Origin: Actinomycetes bacterium
Lineage (GTDB): Bacteria; Actinomycetota; Actinomycetes; Nanopelagicales; Nanopelagicaceae
NCBI GenBank assembly: GCA_025363635.1
Contig: JANYDL010000034.1
Location: 14,555 to 38,554, forward strand
Direction of reading: 5' to 3'
DNA length: 24,000 bases
Shown here: positions 15,557 to 22,893 of the stretch, piece by piece
Position numbering within the stretch: position 1 is the first letter of the stretch
Layout of the letters: every line of letters begins with the position of its first letter
Made by a program: the position numbers and the translations under genes
Notes under the pieces: generated by a model
What the model was told of the DNA's origin: nothing
Seen by the model: only the letters and a program-made list of their open reading frames with translations
Databases searched by the model: none

Positions 15557-16321
15557 ATGACCGCTGTAGCGCCTGAAGATTTACTTGCACTTGCGACTCG
15601 AATTGCTCATGAGGCCGGAGTGCTCTTGATGGATCGGCCAGAGACTTTCGAAATATCTTCCAAATCTGTGGCTATCGATATTGCAACTCAGATGGACAAA
15701 GCGAGTGAAGAATTCATTATGGAGTCAATACTTACCATTCGACCTGACGATGGAATTCTTGGTGAAGAAGGTGCGAATCGACAGTCGCAATCCGGCATTA
15801 CATGGGTGATAGATCCAGTTGATGGAACGGTAAATTATTTGTACGGGATTCCTGGTTGGAGCATCAGCATTGCTGCGAAAGATAGCGAGGGGGGGATCGC
15901 TGGAATTGTGCACTCGCCATCGATTTCATCCTCCTGGACTGCTCTCAGGGGTGGGGGAGCCAGATTCAATGGCTCAACAATTTCAGTCAATGACCCAGTG
16001 GAACTCGACAGGGCTCTCATCGGGACTGGTTTTGCCTACGATGTCCGCAAACGGGTCGAACAAGGCAGGGTTGCTGCACTACTACTGCCCCAAATTCGCG
16101 ATTTGCGCAGGATGGGCTCTGCCGCGGTGGACATATGCAATGTTGCCATGGGTCGCTTTGACGGCTACTACGAATCTGGGTTATTTGAATGGGATCGCGC
16201 AGCGGCAAGTTTGATCGCCACTGAGTCGGGCGCTCTCTTCTCCACCAATGGTGCTGGAGTGGCTTTCTGTGCTGGCCCATATCTTTACCCGCGCTTGATC
16301 GCTGCGGTAGAAGGGGGCTGA
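15557..16321 (+). CDS. suhB: Inositol monophosphatase family protein (SuhB/ImpA-like)
   Basis: The IMPase signatures are present: GEEG, WVIDPVDGT.NYLYG.P.W..SIA, and the C-terminal WD.AA block. suhB lies near sigA in mycobacteria as well. Confidence 0.85.
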   Translation: MTAVAPEDLLALATRIAHEAGVLLMDRPETFEISSKSVAIDIATQMDKASEEFIMESILTIRPDDGILGEEGANRQSQSGITWVIDPVDGTVNYLYGIPGWSISIAAKDSEGGIAGIVHSPSISSSWTALRGGGARFNGSTISVNDPVELDRALIGTGFAYDVRKRVEQGRVAALLLPQIRDLRRMGSAAVDICNVAMGRFDGYYESGLFEWDRAAASLIATESGALFSTNGAGVAFCAGPYLYPRLIAAVEGG

Positions 16322-16457
16322 AAGCCACCGATTTACGCTTCGAGGGTCCGATATGGCAGGATAAGCGCCTTACGCCAGCCCCGCGGGACCGACGTCGAGA
16401 ATTAACATCTGTAAGAATGACAAGAAGCAAGAATTATGAAAAGAATGAGGACTCACC

Positions 16458-16892
16458 ATGAACGTGCTTGATGCGGTAGACGCTGCTTCGCTTCGAACGG
16501 ATATCCCAACTTTCCGTGCAGGAGATGAACTCAAGGTGCATGTGCGCGTTATCGAGGGTAATAAGAGCCGTATTCAGGTATTTCAGGGCATCATCATTCG
16601 ACGTCAGGGCGATGGCGTGCGCGAGACCTTCACGATTCGTAAAGTTTCTTATGGCGTAGGGGTTGAACGTACTTTCCCAGTGCACACGCCCGTGATCGAG
16701 AAACTCGAAGTAGTTCGTCAAGGGGATGTACGTCGTGCCAAGTTGTACTACCTCCGCGATTTGCGTGGAAAGGCTGCCAAGATTCGCGAAAAGCGTGGAG
16801 CAGCCGAAGCGGCAGGCAAGGGCGGCTCAGCCTTATCGGCCCCCGCTGTCGAAACTGCAGTTGAGGCCGATGTACCTGCCGAGCTGGCTTAA
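16458..16892 (+). CDS. rplS: 50S ribosomal protein L19
   Basis: [61 protein letters not shown] is canonical L19. About 30 Ala/Glu-rich extra residues sit at the C-terminus. The SD GAGGA lies 7 nt upstream. Confidence 0.97.
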   Translation: MNVLDAVDAASLRTDIPTFRAGDELKVHVRVIEGNKSRIQVFQGIIIRRQGDGVRETFTIRKVSYGVGVERTFPVHTPVIEKLEVVRQGDVRRAKLYYLRDLRGKAAKIREKRGAAEAAGKGGSALSAPAVETAVEADVPAELA

Positions 16893-16900
16893 TTTCCTCA

Positions 16901-17554
16901 ATGCGGCGTAGGGGATCGGTCCTTCGCGAATTTCCAGTTTTAGTGGTTGTCGCGCTACTGGTCTCCTTGCTGATAAAAAGTTTTGTAGTTCAATTCTTTT
17001 TCATTCCTTCAGGTTCTATGCAAACCACACTGGAGATCAATGATCGCGTTGCTGTCAGCAAAGTTCCCTTTATTTCAAAAACGATAAAGCGTGGAGACAT
17101 TGTTGTATTTCACGATCCCGACCATTGGCTGGCAGATCCCACTCCAACGAATGAATCACCCGTTCTAACAAAAATTAAAGAGGCACTCATCGCTGTCGGA
17201 GTGGTCCCAAATCCTGCAAAACAGCATCTAGTCAAACGCGTAATTGGTGTAGCTGGCGACCATGTTGTGTGTTGTGACAACAAAAAACGCCTGATAGTTA
17301 ATGGCATTCCTCTTAATGAGCCTTACATCTACAAAGGTGATAATCCGAGTGACTCGAATTTCGATGTGAAAGTGCCGGCAGGCAAGTTATGGGTCATGGG
17401 TGACCATCGAGGGGCAAGTGCTGATTCACGTTTCCACACCGATGACATAAATCAGGGGATGGTTCCAGTGTCCAAAGTGGTTGGACGCGTTGTTGCTGTT
17501 ATCTGGCCAATTGGTCATCAGAAATTTTTCGGCCACTACGACGCCACTAAGTAA
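16901..17554 (+). CDS. lepB: Signal peptidase I
   Basis: There is an N-terminal TM helix, the catalytic Ser box IPSGSMQTTL, the Lys box VKRVIGVAGD, and GDHRGASADSR. Confidence 0.92.
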   Translation: MRRRGSVLREFPVLVVVALLVSLLIKSFVVQFFFIPSGSMQTTLEINDRVAVSKVPFISKTIKRGDIVVFHDPDHWLADPTPTNESPVLTKIKEALIAVGVVPNPAKQHLVKRVIGVAGDHVVCCDNKKRLIVNGIPLNEPYIYKGDNPSDSNFDVKVPAGKLWVMGDHRGASADSRFHTDDINQGMVPVSKVVGRVVAVIWPIGHQKFFGHYDATK

Positions 17555-17590
17555 TTTCTTCCTCAACGAATTTCCAGGCATATCAGAGCA

Positions 17591-18217
17591 ATGAATGAAA
17601 CGATTGAAAAACTACTTTTCTCTTCAGGCGTGCAAAGAATCGCCGGCGTCGACGAAGCAGGGCGCGGTGCTTGCGCCGGCCCGCTAGTCGTTGTCGCACT
17701 TGTTCTCCTAGATCCATTTTCTCGCGAGCTTTCTGCCGTTCGAGATTCAAAAGAACTTAGTGAGAGTTCACGTGAAGATCTTTATGATCTGATTATGGAA
17801 AATTCGATTTCCGTCTCAACTATCGAAATTTCATCATCGATCATTGATGAACGCGGTGTGCATCTTGCAAACATCGATGGAATGCGACGAGCGGTCTTGG
17901 GCCTACAGATAACACCTGACTATGTTCTTACCGATGGATATCCAATACCTGGGTTAGGCATGTCGAATCTAAGTGTTTGGAAGGGTGATCGAGTGGTGCA
18001 CTCCATTAGCGCCGCATCGATTGTCGCCAAGGTAAGGCGAGATAGATTGATGCGGGAGTTGGATAAGAAACATCCCGGGTACGGTTTTGCAACTCACAAA
18101 GGTTACTCAACTACGGCGCACCTTCAGGCGATCAAGGAATTAGGTCCGCTCGCAATTCATAGACGCTCCTTTTCAAATATTTCCGCTCTCATCAACACTG
18201 AGATGCTCTCCACATAG
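17591..18217 (+). CDS. rnhB: Ribonuclease HII
   Basis: The active-site start IAGVDEAGRGACAGPLVV is present, together with SKELS, AASI.AKV.RD..M and GYGF..HKGY.T..H. Confidence 0.92.
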   Translation: MNETIEKLLFSSGVQRIAGVDEAGRGACAGPLVVVALVLLDPFSRELSAVRDSKELSESSREDLYDLIMENSISVSTIEISSSIIDERGVHLANIDGMRRAVLGLQITPDYVLTDGYPIPGLGMSNLSVWKGDRVVHSISAASIVAKVRRDRLMRELDKKHPGYGFATHKGYSTTAHLQAIKELGPLAIHRRSFSNISALINTEMLST

Positions 18218-18268
18218 CGCCTTTTCGCCGGACCTGAGGAAATTCGGCTACTCCTAGATTTCCTCCTT

Positions 18269-18646
18269 ATGGCGCGGAATTCTTTGCATTTATCCAATCA
18301 AAGCCTTGGTGCGTTTGGTGAAGAAATTGTCGCTCTTGAATTGAAATCCCGTGGCGCGCAAATTCTTGACCGAAACTGGCGTATCAAGGAAGGAGAGATT
18401 GATCTTGTTGTACAACTTCCTAACGGTGTCATTGCCATTGTTGAAGTAAAGACGAGGAGCACTCTAGCCTTCGGCCATCCTCTCGAATCAATCACTCAAA
18501 AAAAATCGCAAAGATTGCAACGCTTAGCACTTGCATGGCTGGTGACGCATCATCGATTCGGCGATCTCTATCAAATTGATTGCGCAGCGGTTGTTGTTGA
18601 CCAGTTCGGTAAACACACCATTGATTATCGAAGTGATGTTTTGTGA
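18269..18646 (+). CDS. yraN: YraN family (UPF0102) endonuclease-like protein
   Basis: G..GE..VA..L...G..IL.RNWR...GEIDLV......I..VEVKTR is the UPF0102 pattern. The position between rnhB and comM is conserved. Confidence 0.8.
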   Translation: MARNSLHLSNQSLGAFGEEIVALELKSRGAQILDRNWRIKEGEIDLVVQLPNGVIAIVEVKTRSTLAFGHPLESITQKKSQRLQRLALAWLVTHHRFGDLYQIDCAAVVVDQFGKHTIDYRSDVL

Positions 18647-18656
18647 TATTTCGCAG

Positions 18657-20177
18657 ATGACACTTGGAATCTCGCTGGGCGTGGCCCTGATTGGCCTGAT
18701 GGGTGAGGTGGTGCGGGTTGAAGTGGACATTGCGGATGGACTCCCCGGATATTTTCTTCTAGGGTTACCCGATGCAGCGTTGACTGAATCTCGTGAACGC
18801 GTGCGATCTGCGATCGTTAACTGCTCGCAACCATGGCCGAATCGAAAAGTGACGGTTTCACTTTCTCCCGCTTGGTTGCCAAAGCGTGGATCAGGTTTTG
18901 ATGTGCCGATTGCGATTGCATTGCTGTCGGCCCAGGGGTTACTTCCTCAGGAGCGCATCTCTGAGACCATATTCATTGGAGAGTTGGGACTTGACGGAGA
19001 CATTCGCGGAGTCGGTGGAGTTCTCCCCTCCTTAATTCAGGCCTTCAAAGCAGGAATAACTCGCGCGGTCGTTCCGCAAGCCAATGCAGTTGAGGCACAG
19101 TTGCTGACTGAAATGGAGATTATTCCTACCGGTCATTTGCGCGATCTCCTATCCTGGCTGTGCACGGGGGAGCCAAATTCTTTTCCAACGCAATCATGCA
19201 AGATTGATGAAGAGTCGCCCATTTTTGATTTTTCAGAAGTAGCCGGCCAACATCTTGCGCGAACTGCCGCTGAGGTTGCTGCTGTAGGTGGACACCATAT
19301 GTTGATGATTGGACCACCCGGAGCGGGCAAAACAATGATTGCCCAGAGATTGCCTTCCATTTTGCCGAAACTTTCTCGCCAAAATTCTCTGGAAGTCGCC
19401 GCAATACATTCCCTCAGCGGTGACTTCAACCATCGATCACCTCTTTCGCAGGAACCTCCCTTTGTTTCTCCTCATCACACCGCCACGCGAGTTGCAATGG
19501 TCGGTGGTGGATCGCACAGCATTAGACCGGGAGCCTGTTCACTGGCTCACCATGGCGTTCTTTTCATCGACGAAGCGCCAGAATGTGGTGTCGGCGTACT
19601 CGATGTTTTGCGCCAACCACTTGAATCTGGGATTGTGACTATCGCGAGAGCGATTGGAAATGTCACCTATCCCGCCCGATTTATTCTGCTTCTTGCGGCT
19701 AACCCTTGCCCCTGCGGAAAGTTTACGGGACGTGGTCGCAATTGCACCTGTAGTTCACAACAAGTCAGAAGATACTTAGCCAAATTGTCCGGGCCCCTCT
19801 TGGATCGAATCGATATTCGAACACAGGTGGAACCCGTTGGACGTGTAGAAATTCTGGACTCTCAATTGAGTGAATCGAGTGCTGTGATTGCCGCTCGAGT
19901 GTCCGCTGCAAGATCCCGAAGTCAAGATCGTTTCTTGCATGAGCTTTGGAAATTGAATTGTGACATTCCTGGCCGCGCGCTTAGAACGACTTATCAACTT
20001 GATACAAAAGCAATGGCTTTTCTTCATACCGAACTTGACCGAGAAAATATCACTGCTCGAGGATTGCATAAAGTCATGAGGCTTTCGTGGAGCATCGCAG
20101 ATCTCGAAAGTCATCTACGACCCACGCTCGAAGATGCCAAGCGTGCATATCTACTGCGAGAAGGAAATCAACTATGA
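18657..20177 (+). CDS. comM: YifB/ComM family Mg-chelatase-like AAA+ ATPase
   Basis: The Lon-like N-domain reads G.VVRVEVDIADGLPGYFLLGLPDAALTESRERVRSAI. Walker A is MIGPPGAGKTM, Walker B is GVLFIDE, and the Zn-like NPCPCG...C.C motif is present. The start is set at ATG 18657 (MTLGISL). The track start at 18576 lies inside yraN. Confidence 0.9.
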   Translation: MTLGISLGVALIGLMGEVVRVEVDIADGLPGYFLLGLPDAALTESRERVRSAIVNCSQPWPNRKVTVSLSPAWLPKRGSGFDVPIAIALLSAQGLLPQERISETIFIGELGLDGDIRGVGGVLPSLIQAFKAGITRAVVPQANAVEAQLLTEMEIIPTGHLRDLLSWLCTGEPNSFPTQSCKIDEESPIFDFSEVAGQHLARTAAEVAAVGGHHMLMIGPPGAGKTMIAQRLPSILPKLSRQNSLEVAAIHSLSGDFNHRSPLSQEPPFVSPHHTATRVAMVGGGSHSIRPGACSLAHHGVLFIDEAPECGVGVLDVLRQPLESGIVTIARAIGNVTYPARFILLLAANPCPCGKFTGRGRNCTCSSQQVRRYLAKLSGPLLDRIDIRTQVEPVGRVEILDSQLSESSAVIAARVSAARSRSQDRFLHELWKLNCDIPGRALRTTYQLDTKAMAFLHTELDRENITARGLHKVMRLSWSIADLESHLRPTLEDAKRAYLLREGNQL

Positions 20178-21031
20178 AGGAGAGGGAAGCTCGGGCCATA
20201 CTTTTCGCATCGATTGAGGGTGGCTCTGAATTTTGGACTTCCGAAATAGGTTCCTTAGGGGCGGCCAAGGTTGTCGCACAATTGCTTAAAAGAAATTATG
20301 ATGACAAATTTGATAAATTGATGAATCGCATCCAGACATTGAATTCAGATGAAGTACTAAGCGAAATTCGGGGAAGTGGCTCTCTCTTTCTCACACCCGA
20401 AGACATCGCTTGGCCTAAGCGCCTCAACGATCTCGCCGCTGCCCCAATTGGAATTATCGCCAAAGGCGATATCCGTGCCTTGGAATGTTCTGCCTTGTCG
20501 ATAGTAGGAACACGCAACCCGACACATTATGGAGCCCGTGTCGCTGGCGATTTCGCCGCTGGGTTTGTAGATCGTGAATGGGTGATTGTCAGCGGTGGAG
20601 CATATGGAATCGATGGAGCTGCACATAAGGGTGCGCTGGCTGCTGAAGGGTCGACCATTGCGGTGCTGGCATGTGGAGTGAACGTTAATTACCCCGCTGC
20701 ACACGAGCGGCTTTTCCACGAAATTGTCGAAAGTGGTCTGTTGATCAGCGAAGTTATGCCGAATGTTCATGCCATTCCTGCTCGATTCTTGATGAGGAAT
20801 CGGATAATCGCTGCACTTGGTAATGCAACTATCGTTGTTGAAGCGGCATTTCGCAGTGGAGCGCTTCGAACTGCTCGGGATGCGGCTGAATTATTTCGTC
20901 CGGTTATGGCGGTCCCTGGACCTATAACATCTCCGACCAGCGAAGGATGTCACCGGCTTATCGGAGAGAGAGTTGCAGAGGTGGTTACCTCAGTTTCTGA
21001 CGCAATGGAGTTCATCACGACCTTTCGGTGA
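20174..21031 (+). CDS. dprA: DNA processing protein DprA (Smf)
   Basis: The Rossmann-like DprA core is present: SIVGTRNPT.YG, VSGGAYGIDGAAHKGAL, TIAVLACGV...YP..H..L, RF..RNRIIAAL and ..VVEAA.RSGAL.TA. The start ATG 20174 overlaps the comM stop as ATGA. Confidence 0.88.
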   Translation: MKEREARAILFASIEGGSEFWTSEIGSLGAAKVVAQLLKRNYDDKFDKLMNRIQTLNSDEVLSEIRGSGSLFLTPEDIAWPKRLNDLAAAPIGIIAKGDIRALECSALSIVGTRNPTHYGARVAGDFAAGFVDREWVIVSGGAYGIDGAAHKGALAAEGSTIAVLACGVNVNYPAAHERLFHEIVESGLLISEVMPNVHAIPARFLMRNRIIAALGNATIVVEAAFRSGALRTARDAAELFRPVMAVPGPITSPTSEGCHRLIGERVAEVVTSVSDAMEFITTFR

Positions 21032-21042
21032 GAGAATTAGGC

Positions 21043-21960
21043 ATGACTGATTTCCGCTCGGGCTTCGTTGCTATTGTGGGACGACCGAATACGGGAAAAT
21101 CCACTCTTGTTAATGCTCTAGTGGGCAACAAAGTTGTGATTACCTCTCCTCATCCAAACACCACGAGGCGCGCGATTCGCGGGATCCTTAACGGCGCAAG
21201 TTTTCAAGCAGTATTGGTTGATACCCCGGGAATCCATAAGCCAAAGACTTTATTGGGCCATCGCCTCAATGCAGTTGTGGGGGAGAGCATGGAATCGGTG
21301 GACATCATCATGATGTGCCTTCCTGCTGATGAGGCATCTAGCGCGGGTGATCAATTTATTGCTCAAGAAATCGCAAAGCATCTACGAGCAAAAAAGTTCG
21401 CGGTAATCACAAAGACGGATTTGGTGAGCAAATCGGAGTTGGCTGCTCGATTATCTGGAATTGTCGCTCTGGCGCAAAATTTCTCATGGGACGAGATTGT
21501 GCCCGTTTCTGCTTCCATCCACGATCAAGTGGATTTATTGTCACAACTGATTAGCGCAAGCCTTCCAAATGGACCAGAGTTTTATCCTCAAGGAATGTTG
21601 AGTGATCAAAATGAAGAAGAATGGATATGCGAACTTATACGCGAGGCGGCGTTAAGGGATGTACGTCAAGAGCTGCCCCATTCAATTGCTGTGACAATCG
21701 ATGAAATGTCCCAAAGAGATGCCACTGGCCCGCGCCCTTTTTATGACATACATGCAACAATTCATATAGAAAGAGATTCTCAACGTGGAATTCTTCTCGG
21801 GTACCAAGGTCAACAGCTAAAAGATATTGGTACACGTGCTCGTTCCGATATTGAGAGAATTCTCAAAGCACGAGTTTTCTTGGGTTTACATATAAAAGTT
21901 TCTAAAGATTGGCAGAAGAATACGAAATTATTAGAGAAACTCGGTTACGGAGAAAACTAG
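21043..21960 (+). CDS. era: GTPase Era
   Basis: MTDFRSGFVAIVGRPNTGKSTLVNALVG (G1), DTPG (G3) and TKTD (G4) are present, plus a C-terminal KH domain. The MT(D/E)F.SGF N-terminus matches actinobacterial Era, so ATG 21043 is preferred over GTG 21028. Confidence 0.95.
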   Translation: MTDFRSGFVAIVGRPNTGKSTLVNALVGNKVVITSPHPNTTRRAIRGILNGASFQAVLVDTPGIHKPKTLLGHRLNAVVGESMESVDIIMMCLPADEASSAGDQFIAQEIAKHLRAKKFAVITKTDLVSKSELAARLSGIVALAQNFSWDEIVPVSASIHDQVDLLSQLISASLPNGPEFYPQGMLSDQNEEEWICELIREAALRDVRQELPHSIAVTIDEMSQRDATGPRPFYDIHATIHIERDSQRGILLGYQGQQLKDIGTRARSDIERILKARVFLGLHIKVSKDWQKNTKLLEKLGYGEN

Positions 21961-21968
21961 GACCAGAA

Positions 21969-22571
21969 TTATTGACAAGTTATATTTTGGGTAGGGGATT
22001 TATTAGATGCGGAGTTGCCACTCATGGCTCTTCCCACGACAACTCGACTCACTTTTTGAGTGACTTGGTTGTAGTTTGCATCAAGAGCTTCTCGAATAGG
22101 AGCCGGTGCACTTGATTTGAGGGCTGCAAAATCAGAACCGTTAGTGATTGCTTGGAAACTTATCGAATTAGACCCCGGTTGAATCCAGACCGCGGAAGAA
22201 AATCCAGTGCATGTGAGTGAATCTTTTGTGGAAGTACTTAAATCTAGTTTGTGCATTGCGCTACACGTGAACCACGTATACAGACCGTGCGCACCAGAAC
22301 GGACCCCTTGTCCTAATAAAGTGGAGACGCAATAAAGAACGCCCGATGAGGATCCGAAGTTAGATTGCCAGTTTTTGCTCAGTTGCAATTCCGCTGTAAC
22401 AGATTGCATGTAGGAAGAAATTTGAAGTTGTGAAAAATGTCCCGTGGTTGCGTCACCGGAGGCGATCGTTGACCCCTGTGTTAGGAGCGTTGCCGCGAGT
22501 ACGAGGGCGAAACGGGAGATAAATCGTCGGGGGTGAGAGGATGACCGAAGACGAAGATGCCTCAAATCCAT
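21969..22571 (-). CDS. Secreted hypothetical protein with five Cys, no recognisable domain
   Basis: This is the only long ORF here. Its N-terminus, MDLRHLRLRSSSHPRRFISRFALVLAATLLTQGSTIASG, has a twin-arginine-like RRF motif, a hydrophobic core and an A-x-G/A-S-G cleavage-like site. The start is uncertain: ATG 22571, or TTG 22595 as in the track. I found no homology I can name. Confidence 0.55.
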   Translation of the reverse strand: MDLRHLRLRSSSHPRRFISRFALVLAATLLTQGSTIASGDATTGHFSQLQISSYMQSVTAELQLSKNWQSNFGSSSGVLYCVSTLLGQGVRSGAHGLYTWFTCSAMHKLDLSTSTKDSLTCTGFSSAVWIQPGSNSISFQAITNGSDFAALKSSAPAPIREALDANYNQVTQKVSRVVVGRAMSGNSASNKSPTQNITCQ

Positions 22572-22655
22572 TATCTGCACCACTTCCCCTATCAATTCGC
22601 TTACCGCCAGTTACCGCCGTGGCGCGGTCACTGCCTCACACGTAGAAAAAGCGAC

Positions 22656-22802
22656 TTAGCCGCAGCACCCTTGAGCGCCAGGAATCAGGTAATTTTGGAC
22701 AAAACCTGTTTTCGTTGTGGATCGTCGCGTTGTGGCCGCATCTGCTGGCGCTACTGTTAGCGCCAAAAATAAGCCTGTTAGGGTAAGAGCAATTAACTTC
22801 AC
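22656..22802 (-). CDS. Unlisted 48-codon ORF encoding a Sec-signal small secreted peptide (candidate propeptide)
   Basis: The ORF is below the track size cut-off. GTG 22802 lies 5 nt downstream of a perfect AGGAGG (22808-22813) and has an in-frame TAG four codons upstream. The translation is MKLIALTLTGLFLALTVAPADA/ATTRRSTTKTGFVQNYLIPGAQGCCG. That gives a charged N-region, a 15-residue hydrophobic core, an A-x-A (ADA) cleavage site, and a predicted 26-aa mature part ending GCCG. Confidence 0.5.
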   Translation of the reverse strand: MKLIALTLTGLFLALTVAPADAATTRRSTTKTGFVQNYLIPGAQGCCG

Positions 22803-22816
22803 GAAGTCCTCCTAAT

Positions 22817-22852
22817 GTCTTTACGTTCGGGGTCTTTACTATTTGTAAAGGA
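22817..22852. promoter_or_regulatory. Triplicated CTTTAC-core motif in the divergent promoter region; candidate operator
   Basis: GTCTTTAC occurs at 22817-22824 and again at 22832-22839. An inverted copy GTAAAGGA lies at 22845-22852. Copies 2 and 3 form CTTTAC-N5-GTAAAG. The element sits between the divergent small ORF (start 22802) and the XRE gene (start 22894). It overlaps a possible TTACTA-N17-TAACAT promoter for the XRE gene. Confidence 0.35.
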
Positions 22853-22893
22853 TAGTAGTAACATATAGCAAGATCTTGAGAAAGGGAAGCCCT

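Noticed and set aside
16322-16457. Possible structured leader upstream of rplS (GGTCC...GGGACC pairing around 16347-16391)
   Set aside because: There is only one short complementary pair with poorly paired interior. I know of no matching L19 leader class for actinobacteria, and there is no covariation evidence available. The support is too weak to call.
16800-16892. A roughly 30-residue Ala/Glu-rich C-terminal extension of L19
   Set aside because: Low-complexity tails on ribosomal proteins are common in actinobacteria. Nothing in the sequence suggests a separate function.
22557-22760. A 67-aa plus-strand ORF (MPQIHYLHHFPYQ...CGRICWRYC) in the accessory region
   Set aside because: It is antisense to both the start of the secreted-protein gene and the small signal-peptide ORF. 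Its Cys/Arg-rich composition looks like a shadow frame. The minus-strand ORF has the perfect SD and a coherent signal peptide.
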